From a virus (lineage: Duplodnaviria > Caudoviricetes), in the IMG/VR virus record IMGVR_UViG_2932446441_000001, positions 5,172 through 69,171 of that record: a DNA stretch of 64,000 bases, one strand, 5' to 3'. Made by a program: the position numbers and the translations under genes. The notes below the pieces were generated by a model. The model was not told the origin of the DNA, searched no databases, and saw nothing but the letters and a program-made list of their open reading frames with translations. How positions within the stretch are numbered: position 1 is the stretch's first letter; every line of letters starts with the position of its first letter. Of the stretch, positions 9,508 through 18,515 are shown in pieces.

Positions 9508-9987
9508 GTGAGCACCGACCTGAAGCCTCTCGCCCCGCTCGCCCGCACCATCGCCGAAACCGTCCGCGACACCCCGGTCCGCGTCGGCACCCCGGAAGGC
9601 GCCGCAGACCTCGTCGCCCAGCTGACCGTGAAGGTCGCCGCCTACATGGGCCGTGAGCTCCCCGACACCCCGGGCCTCGCCGCGCACATGGTCGAGGTCG
9701 ACGCCGAACGCCAGCGGCAGCTCGCGAAGTGGGGCGACCAGCACCACCCCGACGGGACGGGTGCCCGTCGCTGGCGGGACGCCGCGAACCACGTGCGCGG
9801 CGAGGTGGACGACGACGCCCGCCTGGGGCGCACGACCTGGCAGGGGATTCTCCGCGAGGAGGTGTTCGAGGCTCTCGCCGAGTCCGACCCCAAGGCCCTG
9901 CGGACCGAGCTGGTGCAGTGCGCGGCCGTCATCCAGGCGTGGATCGCCGACATCGACTCCCGCCCCGCCGCCACCTCTGCCCCGTGA
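9508..9987 (+). CDS. MazG-like (all-alpha NTP pyrophosphohydrolase) protein
   Basis: ERQRQLAKWGDQ...ILREEVFEA...LRTELVQCAAV pattern of acidic helices. Confidence 0.6.
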   Translation: MSTDLKPLAPLARTIAETVRDTPVRVGTPEGAADLVAQLTVKVAAYMGRELPDTPGLAAHMVEVDAERQRQLAKWGDQHHPDGTGARRWRDAANHVRGEVDDDARLGRTTWQGILREEVFEALAESDPKALRTELVQCAAVIQAWIADIDSRPAATSAP

Positions 9988-10061
9988 CCGCAGACGGCCC
10001 GGCGGTGGAGCTAGCACCGCCGGGCCTGGCACCCACCGTACCCAGCCCCGGAAGGAACCCG

Positions 10062-10448
10062 ATGACCGACGACCACGTGCAGCACACCTGGCACCTCGCC
10101 CACCCCAACGGCGACGAGATCACCATCGACCTGTGGACCGACGGCGAGAACGTGCGCGTAGACGGCGGACCCGACGACGGCCACGACGACGACCGCGGCC
10201 AGACGGCGGTCGACCATCTGCTGGCGAAGTACACCGCGGCCGGCTACCGGCTGGTGCGCGACTACCCCGTCAACGACCCGGAGACGCACCACGACGAGGC
10301 GCCAGACGCCGAGCCCGACGGCAAGCCCGACCAGTGCCCCGAGTGCGGCAGCCCCGTCGAGTACGCGGCGAACCACAGCAGCGACTACCGCGAAGGCCCG
10401 GCCTGGCTGTGCACCGGCTGCCGCTGGGGCCAGTACCTCGTCGCCTGA
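10062..10448 (+). CDS. Hypothetical protein with C-terminal zinc ribbon
   Basis: AAGGA RBS; CPECG...CTGC. Confidence 0.65.
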   Translation: MTDDHVQHTWHLAHPNGDEITIDLWTDGENVRVDGGPDDGHDDDRGQTAVDHLLAKYTAAGYRLVRDYPVNDPETHHDEAPDAEPDGKPDQCPECGSPVEYAANHSSDYREGPAWLCTGCRWGQYLVA

Positions 10449-10500
10449 CCACCCGCCCCGCCGGCCGTCTCGCGCGGCCGGCCCCACCCCTGGAGGACCA

Positions 10501-11340
10501 ATGACCGACCAGACCGCCTACACCGAAGTGCTCGCCCGCCTGCTCTGTGCCGCTGATGTTCATGTCCACGGTGACGACCACCCCACCTGGCAGCAGCTGG
10601 TCGGCGAGCCCGGTGGCCGTATCCGGGACGACTACCGCAAGGCCGCCAGCTGGCTGGCCGCCCGGCTGACCGTCACGGGCCAGATGCCCGCCGCTCCCGC
10701 CGTTCAGGCGCCCGCCGCCGACCGGGACGCCGCGACCGCAGGGTTCGTGCTGTGGCTCGACGCCTCGGACGGCTCGGTTCCCACGCACGATGGAGTCCAG
10801 TGGCCTGACGGCATCGTGACCATCCACCACCGCCACTTCGGGATCACCACCACGCACCACAGCGCTGAAGCCGCCTGCCAAGCCGCGCACGGCAAGCAGG
10901 GTCGCATCGTCTGGCCCGAGCCCGCGCCCACCGACCGGGCCGAGTGGGACGCCCTGGCCAGTGACACCGACCGGCTCCGGAAGGCCTGGGGCGAGATGCG
11001 GGACCGTGCCGAGCGCATCGAGGCGGAGGTGCAGCGGCTGACCACCGACCGGGCCGCCGTGCTGCGGGAAGCCGCCGCTCACCTCGAACGCCAGGCCGAC
11101 CAGCTGTGGGCGTCCGGCAGCAGGGCGCACACGGTGATGTACGCCGACGCCGCCGAGCTGCGTCGCATGGCCGACGGGGCGGGCGCATGGTGCAAGTGCC
11201 GATCCTGCTGGGGCTGGTTCGTCAACGACCACCCCGGCGAGGACCTGGACGAGCTGGGGAAGGACCTCAGCTGGTGGTCGGGCCTCCCGGTGCACCGCGA
11301 TGCACCCACCGGGGCGCAGCAGCCGGGGGAGTCCCGGTGA
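10501..11340 (+). CDS. Mosaic hypothetical phage protein
   Basis: GGAGG RBS; modular composition including RAAVLREAA. Confidence 0.7.
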   Translation: MTDQTAYTEVLARLLCAADVHVHGDDHPTWQQLVGEPGGRIRDDYRKAASWLAARLTVTGQMPAAPAVQAPAADRDAATAGFVLWLDASDGSVPTHDGVQWPDGIVTIHHRHFGITTTHHSAEAACQAAHGKQGRIVWPEPAPTDRAEWDALASDTDRLRKAWGEMRDRAERIEAEVQRLTTDRAAVLREAAAHLERQADQLWASGSRAHTVMYADAAELRRMADGAGAWCKCRSCWGWFVNDHPGEDLDELGKDLSWWSGLPVHRDAPTGAQQPGESR

Positions 11341-11996
11341 CCGGCCCGTCGTCTGCCCCCCGCGGCGAGCGGGCCGGTACGCCGGGTGCCCGTTGGGAGA
11401 CGCGGCTGGTGTGGTCCGGCGAGGAGGTCGTCGACGACGACGCGGAGCCACCCCGGCCGAACCGGGCCACACGGCGCGCAGCGAAGCGGCAGCGACCGCG
11501 TAAGGCGGAAGAGGCCCGAGAAGGCCCCCAGACGCCCGTCTCCCGGCCGAACACCCCGCAGTGGACCCCGTTCCCGCTCCGAGCCGCAGACGGGCGCTCA
11601 GAGCCGCCAATCCGAACCGTCGACCCCACGGAGCCCCGAATGACCCCCGAACCCCAGCCCCGCGGCCCCGTCGACTGGGCCCGCCGGCAAGCCGCCGAAC
11701 GCCAGCAGCGGCTCGACCCGGACGCCATCATCCGGGCCGCCAAGTTCACCGCCGCCCACTGGCACCAAGCCGCCCTCGACCGCGACGACATCCCCATGGC
11801 CCACGCCATCGCCTGCATCCGCGCCGCCCTCGCAGGTGAGGCCCGCCCCGACCAACTCGGTCTGGACGAGCACGAGCACGACGCGTTCCGCGCCGCACTC
11901 CAGCCGCCCGCCCACAACGACGGCCGCAGCGTCGCCGAGGCCGCTGCCGACGACCGCGCCCACTGGGAACGCAAGTACGCCGGGGAGGGCCAGTGA
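11337..11996 (+). CDS. Hypothetical protein (start uncertain; 11640 is an alternative)
   Basis: GTGA overlaps at both ends; C-terminal SVAEAAADDR..W motif. Confidence 0.5.
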   Translation: MTGPSSAPRGERAGTPGARWETRLVWSGEEVVDDDAEPPRPNRATRRAAKRQRPRKAEEAREGPQTPVSRPNTPQWTPFPLRAADGRSEPPIRTVDPTEPRMTPEPQPRGPVDWARRQAAERQQRLDPDAIIRAAKFTAAHWHQAALDRDDIPMAHAIACIRAALAGEARPDQLGLDEHEHDAFRAALQPPAHNDGRSVAEAAADDRAHWERKYAGEGQ

Positions 11997-12382
11997 AGCC
12001 CTACCGCGTCCTCGTCACCGGCAGCCGCGACTGGCCCACGCCCGCCGTGGTGTGGGGCGCGCTCAACGACGTCCGCGACGAAGCCCTCACCGCCGACCGG
12101 CACCTTGTCGTCGTCCACGGAGCCTGCCCGCGCGGCGCCGACGACCACGCCGCCAAGTGGTGCACGACCGCCGTCCAGTTCGTCAACGGCGTCACCGAGG
12201 AACGCCATCCCGCCGACTGGCAGATCAACGGCAAGCGGGCCGGGTTCATCCGCAACGCCCACATGGTCAACCTCGGCGCCGACCTGTGCCTCGCCTTCAT
12301 CCGCAACGGCAGCCGCGGCGCCAGCCACACCGCTGCCCTCGCCGAACAGGCCGGGATCCCCGTCCGGAGGTGGACGGCGTGA
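11993..12382 (+). CDS. SLOG/YspA-like (DUF2493-type) protein
   Basis: RVLVTGSRDW, VVVHGACPRGAD, HPADW...AGFIRNAHMV, SRGA. Confidence 0.85.
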   Translation: MKPYRVLVTGSRDWPTPAVVWGALNDVRDEALTADRHLVVVHGACPRGADDHAAKWCTTAVQFVNGVTEERHPADWQINGKRAGFIRNAHMVNLGADLCLAFIRNGSRGASHTAALAEQAGIPVRRWTA

Positions 12383-12567
12383 CCTGGCAGCGGCAGGAGA
12401 TCGCCACCACCTGCGACTCCTGCCGCGCCTACTGGAACGTCCTCCAAGACCTCGGCGAGGAATGGGACGCCGCCGGACGGCCCGCCGACCCCGACCACTG
12501 GGGCGTGATCATCGCCCGCGCCCTCGCCGCCTACAGCCAACACCTCGCCGACCACCTCCCCGCCTGA
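12379..12567 (+). CDS. Small hypothetical protein
   Basis: GGAGG RBS; GTGA overlap. Confidence 0.55.
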   Translation: MTWQRQEIATTCDSCRAYWNVLQDLGEEWDAAGRPADPDHWGVIIARALAAYSQHLADHLPA

Positions 12568-12596
12568 CCCGCACCGCCCGCACGAAAGGCACCGCG

Positions 12597-13229
12597 ATGA
12601 TCGACGACGCACCCGCACCCCGTTGCGTGATCTGCCCGCGCCAACTGCTCGACCACGAGACCGGGAGGTTCATCTGCCTGCCGTGTGAGCACCGCATCGA
12701 CCAGGACCTGCGGAAGCTGGCCGGGCCCGCAGGCCTCTACGCCCGGCTCTGCCTGCGCATCCAGCCCGGCCGCGGCGGCGACGGACCCGCCGTCTCGGGA
12801 ACCCCCGGCCGCGCCATGCCCTGCAACGAAGCCGTGCTCACGATGACCGCCAACGGGGGCCTGGTGTCCACGCTGGAGACGTGGGTCGAAGACTGGGCCA
12901 CCTACGGGCTCGCCCGCCGCAGCACCGGCGGCCGGCTCCAGCATCGCGTCGACGTTGCCGTCGAGACGCTGCGGCTCAACCTCACCCGGGCCGCGTCCCG
13001 TCACCCGGCGCTGGATGAATTTGCCCGGGAGGTCCAGCAGGCCGCGCGGCAGATCGAGGCCATCATCAGCGGCGAACGGGCGCCCCGGCGCATCCCCGTC
13101 ACCTGCCCCTGCGGCACCGTCCGGTCGGTCACCCTCGATACTGACGGGTTCGAATGCCGCGGCTGCGGGGCGGAGTACGGGCACAGCGAGGCGCTCAAGC
13201 TCACCGTCGCGGAGAGGCGGGCTGCGTGA
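12597..13229 (+). CDS. Zinc-finger protein at the end of the early operon (candidate late activator)
   Basis: CVIC..CLPC at the N-terminus, CPC..CRGC at the C-terminus; last gene of the replication operon. Confidence 0.6.
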   Translation: MIDDAPAPRCVICPRQLLDHETGRFICLPCEHRIDQDLRKLAGPAGLYARLCLRIQPGRGGDGPAVSGTPGRAMPCNEAVLTMTANGGLVSTLETWVEDWATYGLARRSTGGRLQHRVDVAVETLRLNLTRAASRHPALDEFAREVQQAARQIEAIISGERAPRRIPVTCPCGTVRSVTLDTDGFECRGCGAEYGHSEALKLTVAERRAA

Positions 13230-13249
13230 CGGAGAGCTTCCCACCGCCG

Positions 13250-13302
13250 AGCGGTTGTCAGTATTGACAACCGCTGCCGCGCCCCTTAAGTTTTCAGTAT
13301 TG
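13250..13302 (+). promoter_or_regulatory. Housekeeping-sigma promoter overlapped by a palindromic operator
   Basis: TTGACA (13264-69)-N17-TAAGTT (13287-92); perfect inverted repeat AGCGGTTGTCA-GTAT-TGACAACCGCT; TCAGTATTG occurs twice. Confidence 0.75.
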
Positions 13303-13337
13303 GAAACCAGGCACGGCCGATCCGAGAGGTACCCGCC

Positions 13338-13604
13338 ATGACCGCCTCCTTCCGCGTCTCCCAGGACTCCACCAAGGAAGACCTACTCACCAAGATCGAC
13401 GGCCAGAAGCGCCAGATCGCCAAGCAGGAAGCCAAGATCGACAGGCAGCGCGCCCAGATCGCCGCACTGAGCGAGCGCGCCGCCGAACGGAACCGCACGA
13501 TCGCCACACAGGACCGGGTGATCGCGGAACAGGCCGACGAAATCCAGGCCCTCAAGGAGCAGATCGCCCGCCTTCAGGAGACCCAGAAGGGGCTCACCCG
13601 ATGA
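13338..13604 (+). CDS. Coiled-coil protein
   Basis: GAGAGG RBS; continuous heptads. Confidence 0.75.
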   Translation: MTASFRVSQDSTKEDLLTKIDGQKRQIAKQEAKIDRQRAQIAALSERAAERNRTIATQDRVIAEQADEIQALKEQIARLQETQKGLTR

Positions 13605-14089
13605 CGCGAATCACCGTCTACAACAACGACGGCGACACCCGCCTCGGCTGGTTCGACCTTGACGCCGCCGAAGTCGTCCAGATCGAGGACACCCGGTGGG
13701 ACGGGCACAACATGCGTGGCGTCATCTCCGGCCTCCAAACCGAGACGGCCGCCCTCTATCGGACCAAGGGCGGCCGGTGGGTCGAGAACATCGACGCCCG
13801 CCGCGAGGGCGGTACCGAGACCTGGCGGTTCCTGACCGACGACGAGGCCCGCAGTTGGATCATCGCCTCGGGTGCCGACAATGCTGAGGACAACCTGGCC
13901 AAGTGGTTTCCAGACACTCCGGAGGAGGAAGGTCCCGCCCCGCAGGGCGGCCGGCCCGCAATCGGCCCCACCATCAACGTTGCCTACCCCAAGGAACTCC
14001 TGGACAGGATCGACGCGGCAGCCAAGGAAGCCAAGATTTCCCGCGCGGCATGGCTGCGCCAAGCTGCCGAGAAGTGTCTGCAAGCGTAG
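13601..14089 (+). CDS. Protein with C-terminal ribbon-helix-helix domain
   Basis: GRPAIG.TINVAYPKELLDRIDAAAKEAKISRAAWLRQAA. Confidence 0.8.
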   Translation: MTRITVYNNDGDTRLGWFDLDAAEVVQIEDTRWDGHNMRGVISGLQTETAALYRTKGGRWVENIDARREGGTETWRFLTDDEARSWIIASGADNAEDNLAKWFPDTPEEEGPAPQGGRPAIGPTINVAYPKELLDRIDAAAKEAKISRAAWLRQAAEKCLQA

Positions 14090-14105
14090 GACGCATGGAG
14101 GAGAA

Positions 14106-14133
14106 GGGCCCCGACCCGGATGGGTCGGGGCCC
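14106..14133. terminator. Bidirectional hairpin terminator
   Basis: GGGCCCCGACCC-GGAT-GGGTCGGGGCCC between convergent genes. Confidence 0.75.
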
Positions 14134-14147
14134 ATTCGCATGTCCGC

Positions 14148-14381
14148 CTACGCCGCCTCTCCGATCACCGGCGGCTCGGCCGGCTTCCGCCCGTTCAACA
14201 CCTGACGCACCCAACCCTCCGACAGCCCCAGCCGCGCCGCCAACTCCGCCACCGGCACACCGTGCCGCCACGCCGCCCGCAACGCCGCATTCCGCCGCAA
14301 CTGCCACCGCTCCCGCGCCACCCGGCCCGCCACCGTGCGGTGCAGGAACACCGCCGCAGTAAGCAGCAACCGGCCCGCCAT
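14148..14381 (-). CDS. Small HTH protein
   Basis: GVPVAELAARLGLSEGWVRQVL. Confidence 0.65.
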   Translation of the reverse strand: MAGRLLLTAAVFLHRTVAGRVARERWQLRRNAALRAAWRHGVPVAELAARLGLSEGWVRQVLNGRKPAEPPVIGEAA

Positions 14382-14495
14382 GTTGCTCCACTTTCGCTGC
14401 ACACAAGCCCCCTGTCAGTGCACCGACAACCAACCCACACCACGGTCGACGGCGCGCGAAAGCGGCACAAGGGCGCGAAGCGGGCGCACACACAG

Positions 14496-14524
14496 AACGC
14501 CCCCACCGAGGAGGCGGGGGCGTT
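14496..14524 (-). terminator. Hairpin terminator
   Basis: AACGCCCCC...GGGGGCGTT just downstream of the stop at 14538. Confidence 0.55.
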
Positions 14525-14537
14525 GCTGGTGGGGCGG

Positions 14538-14834
14538 TCAGGCGCGGGACACCGCAAGCGGCGCCGGCACCGGCGGGGCATCCAGACCGAACCTCTCCGC
14601 GAGGAGCATCCGGGCCGCGGTGTCGCGCTCGAAGGCGCTGCGGCCGGGCGGCATCGACAGGACGCGGGAGCCGTCAGGGGCCTCGACGAACGCCCCGAAG
14701 AACGTCGCATCCGTGATCGACGAGTCGACGAGTTCCACGTCCAGCTCGGCGAGGAGCTCGTCGAGTGGCGCATCCAACAGGTGATCTGTCGACAAAGCGG
14801 GGCGCGCTAAAGCCAGTGCTTCGCTACTCTTCAT
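14538..14834 (-). CDS. Hypothetical protein
   Basis: GGAG RBS before ATG; acidic ORF of about 98 aa with good codon usage. Confidence 0.65.
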   Translation of the reverse strand: MKSSEALALARPALSTDHLLDAPLDELLAELDVELVDSSITDATFFGAFVEAPDGSRVLSMPPGRSAFERDTAARMLLAERFGLDAPPVPAPLAVSRA

Positions 14835-14996
14835 GCGTAGCTCCATCCTTCACAGGGGTTGGGTTGCTGGATTCGCGAGTCGCCACTCGCGGGTCGAACT
14901 GGCCGGGCGGTCGCCACCGCCCGGCCGTTCGCGTTTCTAGGAGCCTCATGGATGAGGCGGCCGGATTGGGAGGGCACCACACAAGACCTTCACAGG

Positions 14997-15407
14997 TCAG
15001 TGCGGCAGCACCTCGTCGAGCCACGCCTGAACAGGCCCGTACAGGCCGTAGGGCACCAGGCCCGGGATCTCCTCATGCCGCACCCAGGCGACCGTGTCGA
15101 GCTCCTCCTCATCGGCCACCGTCGCCGTCCCCGAGACGACCTCGCATGCCGTGTACGCCATGAACTTGCCCGTCTTCGGGTGAACGCGGTCGCCGATGTA
15201 CTTCACCGGTTTCACCGTCAGGCCGGTCTCCTCGAGCGTCTCCCGAACCGCCGCCTCTTCCGCGGTCTCACCGTCCTCGACGCCGCCGGCCGGGAACTGC
15301 CATGACAGCTCGCCCTCCTTGACGCGGCGGCGCACCATCAGGACACGCCCTCCGTCGGTGATGATGGCGGCGGAGATGCCGGGCTTCTCGGTGGTCGTCT
15401 CGGTCAT
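14997..15407 (-). CDS. Nudix hydrolase (canonical box)
   Basis: WQFPAGGVEDGETAEEAAVRETLEETGL fits GX5EX7REUXEEXGU; GGAGG RBS. Confidence 0.92.
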   Translation of the reverse strand: MTETTTEKPGISAAIITDGGRVLMVRRRVKEGELSWQFPAGGVEDGETAEEAAVRETLEETGLTVKPVKYIGDRVHPKTGKFMAYTACEVVSGTATVADEEELDTVAWVRHEEIPGLVPYGLYGPVQAWLDEVLPH

Positions 15408-16042
15408 GCAATCGCCTCCAGGGCGCTCAGGATGGGCGGGTAGATGCGGTCGGTGGGGATGAAGCGGCTGAGCTCCCTTATCGGAGCCCATGCCACGGCG
15501 ACGTTCTCGGAGGAATCCCCGTTGACCGCCTCGCCGTACACGTAATCGCAGATGAAGTAGTCGCACATTGCGCGCGTATAAGGGTGGAGTCGTTCACCCA
15601 GGTGTTCGCGGACCATGCAGTGCACCCCGGTTTCGTCCAGGGTTTCCCGCACGGCGACCTTCGACGCCGAGCCGCCCGGCTTCACGATGCCAGCCGGGAA
15701 CTGCCACGAGATGTCGTCGCCGTCCTGCCTGCATACGAGCAGCACGTCACCGTCTCGGCGGACCACTGCGATGGCCACCCGCAAGGCCTGCGCCTCCGGC
15801 TGGGGAGTCGCTATCCGCGACAAATGGATGAACCGCCGGCGCACCGCATCACCTGCCATTCCGTAGGTCGTGTCCAGAATGCGCTGCGTCTCTGGCTGGG
15901 GCACCATGCTCGGGTTCGCGCGCCACGACGCGACACTGCGAACAGACACCCCCAGCTTTCCTGCGAATGCTTCCTGGGTCATTTCGAATGCGTCCTGGAG
16001 CCGGGCCGCTTTCTCCCCGGTCCACCGCTGAACGTCGTCCAC
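15404..16042 (-). CDS. XRE-type HTH fused to a degenerate Nudix domain
   Basis: MTQEAFAGKLGVSVRSVASW HTH; WQFPAGIVKPGGSASKVAVRETLDETG. Confidence 0.85.
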   Translation of the reverse strand: MDDVQRWTGEKAARLQDAFEMTQEAFAGKLGVSVRSVASWRANPSMVPQPETQRILDTTYGMAGDAVRRRFIHLSRIATPQPEAQALRVAIAVVRRDGDVLLVCRQDGDDISWQFPAGIVKPGGSASKVAVRETLDETGVHCMVREHLGERLHPYTRAMCDYFICDYVYGEAVNGDSSENVAVAWAPIRELSRFIPTDRIYPPILSALEAIA

Positions 16043-16191
16043 TATCGGCTCCTCGGCCGCCTTTGTGGGCCCTCTTGCGGCGGGTCTGCATCAGCCTGCA
16101 TCGCCCGCTGCAGATCACTGCATGGTGCTGCACGGGGTCTTCATGGTCTGGCTGCGCCCACGCGCGAAGACTCGATCCCATGCAGCACTGG

Positions 16192-16446
16192 TCACTCACC
16201 CCTGCCGAACTGGTGGGCGCGTTGGTATGTGACGCCCCCCATGATTTGTCCGATCTCCTTCCAGGTCTTGCCCTGACCCTTGAAGCCCAGCGCGATCTCC
16301 TGCCGCTGTCGTCGCCGGAACATCTCGAGCTCGTCTTCGAGGTGCTTGGCGAGTTCGAGGTATGCGGCCCAGCGTTCGGGGAGGTCTGTGATGGCTCGCA
16401 GTTGGTCCTCGTATCGGGCGTAGGGGGCGTCGGGAGAGTCGGCCAT
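16192..16446 (-). CDS. Small HTH regulator divergent from the transfer operon (Kor-like by position)
   Basis: GKTWKEIGQIMGGVTYQRAHQ HTH. Confidence 0.75.
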   Translation of the reverse strand: MADSPDAPYARYEDQLRAITDLPERWAAYLELAKHLEDELEMFRRRQRQEIALGFKGQGKTWKEIGQIMGGVTYQRAHQFGRGE

Positions 16447-16510
16447 GACGTGAGGGTACGGGCGATCCGGCGGGCACTCAAGACGCGATTGGAGAAGTTC
16501 AGTTGGGCGC

Positions 16511-16574
16511 TTGACTCCCCGCCGCGTCGCCCTTACGGTCGTATCAGTCGCTCTCAAGGCAACAGCTTGAGAGC
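16511..16574 (+). promoter_or_regulatory. Promoter and palindromic site for the transfer/spread operon
   Basis: TTGACT (16511-16)-N17-TACGGT (16534-39); inverted repeat GCTCTCAAG...CTTGAGAGC at 16550-16574. Confidence 0.65.
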
Positions 16575-16699
16575 GGCGAACGTCGTCCACTCTCACCGGA
16601 CCCAGTCCGCGGACGGCGCACAAATGAAGACGGGCCGGACAACGCGACTCTCACCTCGCGTGCCGGCCCTGACCAACAGGTTCTGACTAGGAGACCACG

Positions 16700-17197
16700 T
16701 TGGCTACCACCGATCTTATCGGTGCGCTTGGGCGCGCCGACAACGCGGGCGACACCGCCCCGCTTCCGCCGGCCGCCATCGATGTGGCTCGCCGCCTTGA
16801 GCTGGAGCTCCGGTCTCCGGTCGACGTGCTGCGTATGCGGGTCGGTCGCCTGGAGGAGTCGCTGTGGATTCAGCGGCAGGGCCGGGACTTCGACCTCGTG
16901 CAGATGCGGAACCCCGCACTGTCCGAGCTGGAGCGCGCCGAGGCCGAGGGCTCCTTCCGCAGCACGGCCTGGGAGATCGTGGATCTGCGCCGCCAGCTGC
17001 GCGAGGCGAAGGCGGCCTTGGAGGTGGCGATCCGCTTCCAGGAGGCGGAGTCGACGTACCGGCTGATGTCGGCACAGACGTCGCGCATCGCGCCCGGAGA
17101 GTTCGATCGGCTGCTGTGCCTCCAGGACGAGATGCGGATGTGCCGCTGCCAGCTGGAGGCCGCCGGCCGCCTCGACCTGATCGGCGGTGCCGCGTGA
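16700..17197 (+). CDS. Hypothetical protein, first gene of the transfer operon
   Basis: AGGAG RBS, TTG start. Confidence 0.65.
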   Translation: MATTDLIGALGRADNAGDTAPLPPAAIDVARRLELELRSPVDVLRMRVGRLEESLWIQRQGRDFDLVQMRNPALSELERAEAEGSFRSTAWEIVDLRRQLREAKAALEVAIRFQEAESTYRLMSAQTSRIAPGEFDRLLCLQDEMRMCRCQLEAAGRLDLIGGAA

Positions 17198-17484
17198 TGA
17201 CCGCCGCTGACGAAGCCCCGCAGCCGGAGCCGACGCCGGATCTGCCGCCGCTGCCGCAGGACACTGCGGCCCGCCGCCGGGCGATGAAGGTCCGCAAGTG
17301 GTGAGCGCCGAGCACGAGCGCACGAAGCCGCCGCTCCCCGTGCGTCCTCCGCGCCCGCACCCCCAGGGCTGACCGCCCACCCCCGTACCGCCGCGGTGGC
17401 GGTGTCCGCCCCCGTCCCGCCACCGCGGCTTCCCATCTCGCTCCACCCACTCCATCCCGGCATGACCAACCGAGGAGATCAGCC

Positions 17485-17808
17485 ATGCCTTCTTCCACCC
17501 AGACCACCCAGTCCAGCGCCTTCGCTGAGCCGTGGCCGGAGGGCGTCATCGCCCGCTACCTCACCGTCGCCGGGGCTTCCCTGGCACGCGAGGACCTGGC
17601 CGTCGACATTACGTACTCCACCAAGAGCGGACTGATCACGAACACCTGCGCGGGTTGCGGCAGCACCGAGCACACCAACACCGACGGATCCTTCGCCGAC
17701 TCCCCGGAAGCGGAGCAGGCCCGCGTCGAGCAGTGGCTGCCGCAGGCCAAGCGTGACGCCCAGTCCCACGCGGAGACCTGCCGCGCCCTGCCCCGCCCCA
17801 CCGCCTGA
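17485..17808 (+). CDS. Hypothetical protein with zinc ligands
   Basis: GAGGAG RBS; CAGC...HAETCRALP. Confidence 0.7.
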   Translation: MPSSTQTTQSSAFAEPWPEGVIARYLTVAGASLAREDLAVDITYSTKSGLITNTCAGCGSTEHTNTDGSFADSPEAEQARVEQWLPQAKRDAQSHAETCRALPRPTA

Positions 17809-17851
17809 CCTTCCCTTTCCCGCCCCACCTGACCAGTGAGGATCCACCGCC

Positions 17852-18052
17852 ATGCCCACGCTCACCTTGATCACGTCTGCTCCGTCGTCGGACGCCGAGT
17901 ACCGCACCGATCTGATCCGCCGCTACCTGGCTGCCTCCGACTCCTTCGCCGAGATGGCGCTGCTGGCTGAGGCGGCCCGCTACGACAAGGCCAACCCGGG
18001 CGAGTCCCTCGTCGACGAGCTGCTCGGCGCCGCCCTCGGAGACGTGGCCTGA
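17852..18052 (+). CDS. Small hypothetical protein
   Basis: GAGGA RBS; coupled to the next ORF. Confidence 0.65.
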   Translation: MPTLTLITSAPSSDAEYRTDLIRRYLAASDSFAEMALLAEAARYDKANPGESLVDELLGAALGDVA

Positions 18053-18246
18053 TGGCCCGCGAGGAGCTGGCCCGGGCTGCCGGTGAGGCCACGGTCGACA
18101 CGTACACGGCAGCGGCTGCCTTCGGCGAGACGCACGAGGTGACGCACCTCGCGGCCGGGCGAGCGCTGAAGCTCGCCGTCGAGGCGCAGCAGGCGGGTGC
18201 GTCCCCCGCCGACATCTGCCGGGCGGCCGGACTGCCCACCCCCTGA
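18052..18246 (+). CDS. Small hypothetical protein
   Basis: TGATG coupling. Confidence 0.6.
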   Translation: MAREELARAAGEATVDTYTAAAAFGETHEVTHLAAGRALKLAVEAQQAGASPADICRAAGLPTP

Positions 18247-18320
18247 ACCGCCGGGCGCGGTCACCCCCTGCCGCGTCCGGCATCCAGCCCGCCGATCAAT
18301 CAACCCGAGAGGAGCCCATC

Positions 18321-18515
18321 GTGGCCCTGTTCCGCCGCACTCCCGAGCCGAAGGGCTACCGCCCCACCGAGGCCGAGGTGAAGGACGCTGCCGCCCAGTT
18401 GAACGCGGGTAGCCATCACGCCGCCTACGACCTGGCCGCCCACTCCGGCGACTACCAGCAGGACACGGCGATGCGGATCCTCGGCCACTGCATCGAGGAC
18501 GGGGACGGCTCGTGA
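18321..18515 (+). CDS. Small hypothetical protein
   Basis: GAGGAG RBS; MALFRR start. Confidence 0.65.
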   Translation: MALFRRTPEPKGYRPTEAEVKDAAAQLNAGSHHAAYDLAAHSGDYQQDTAMRILGHCIEDGDGS

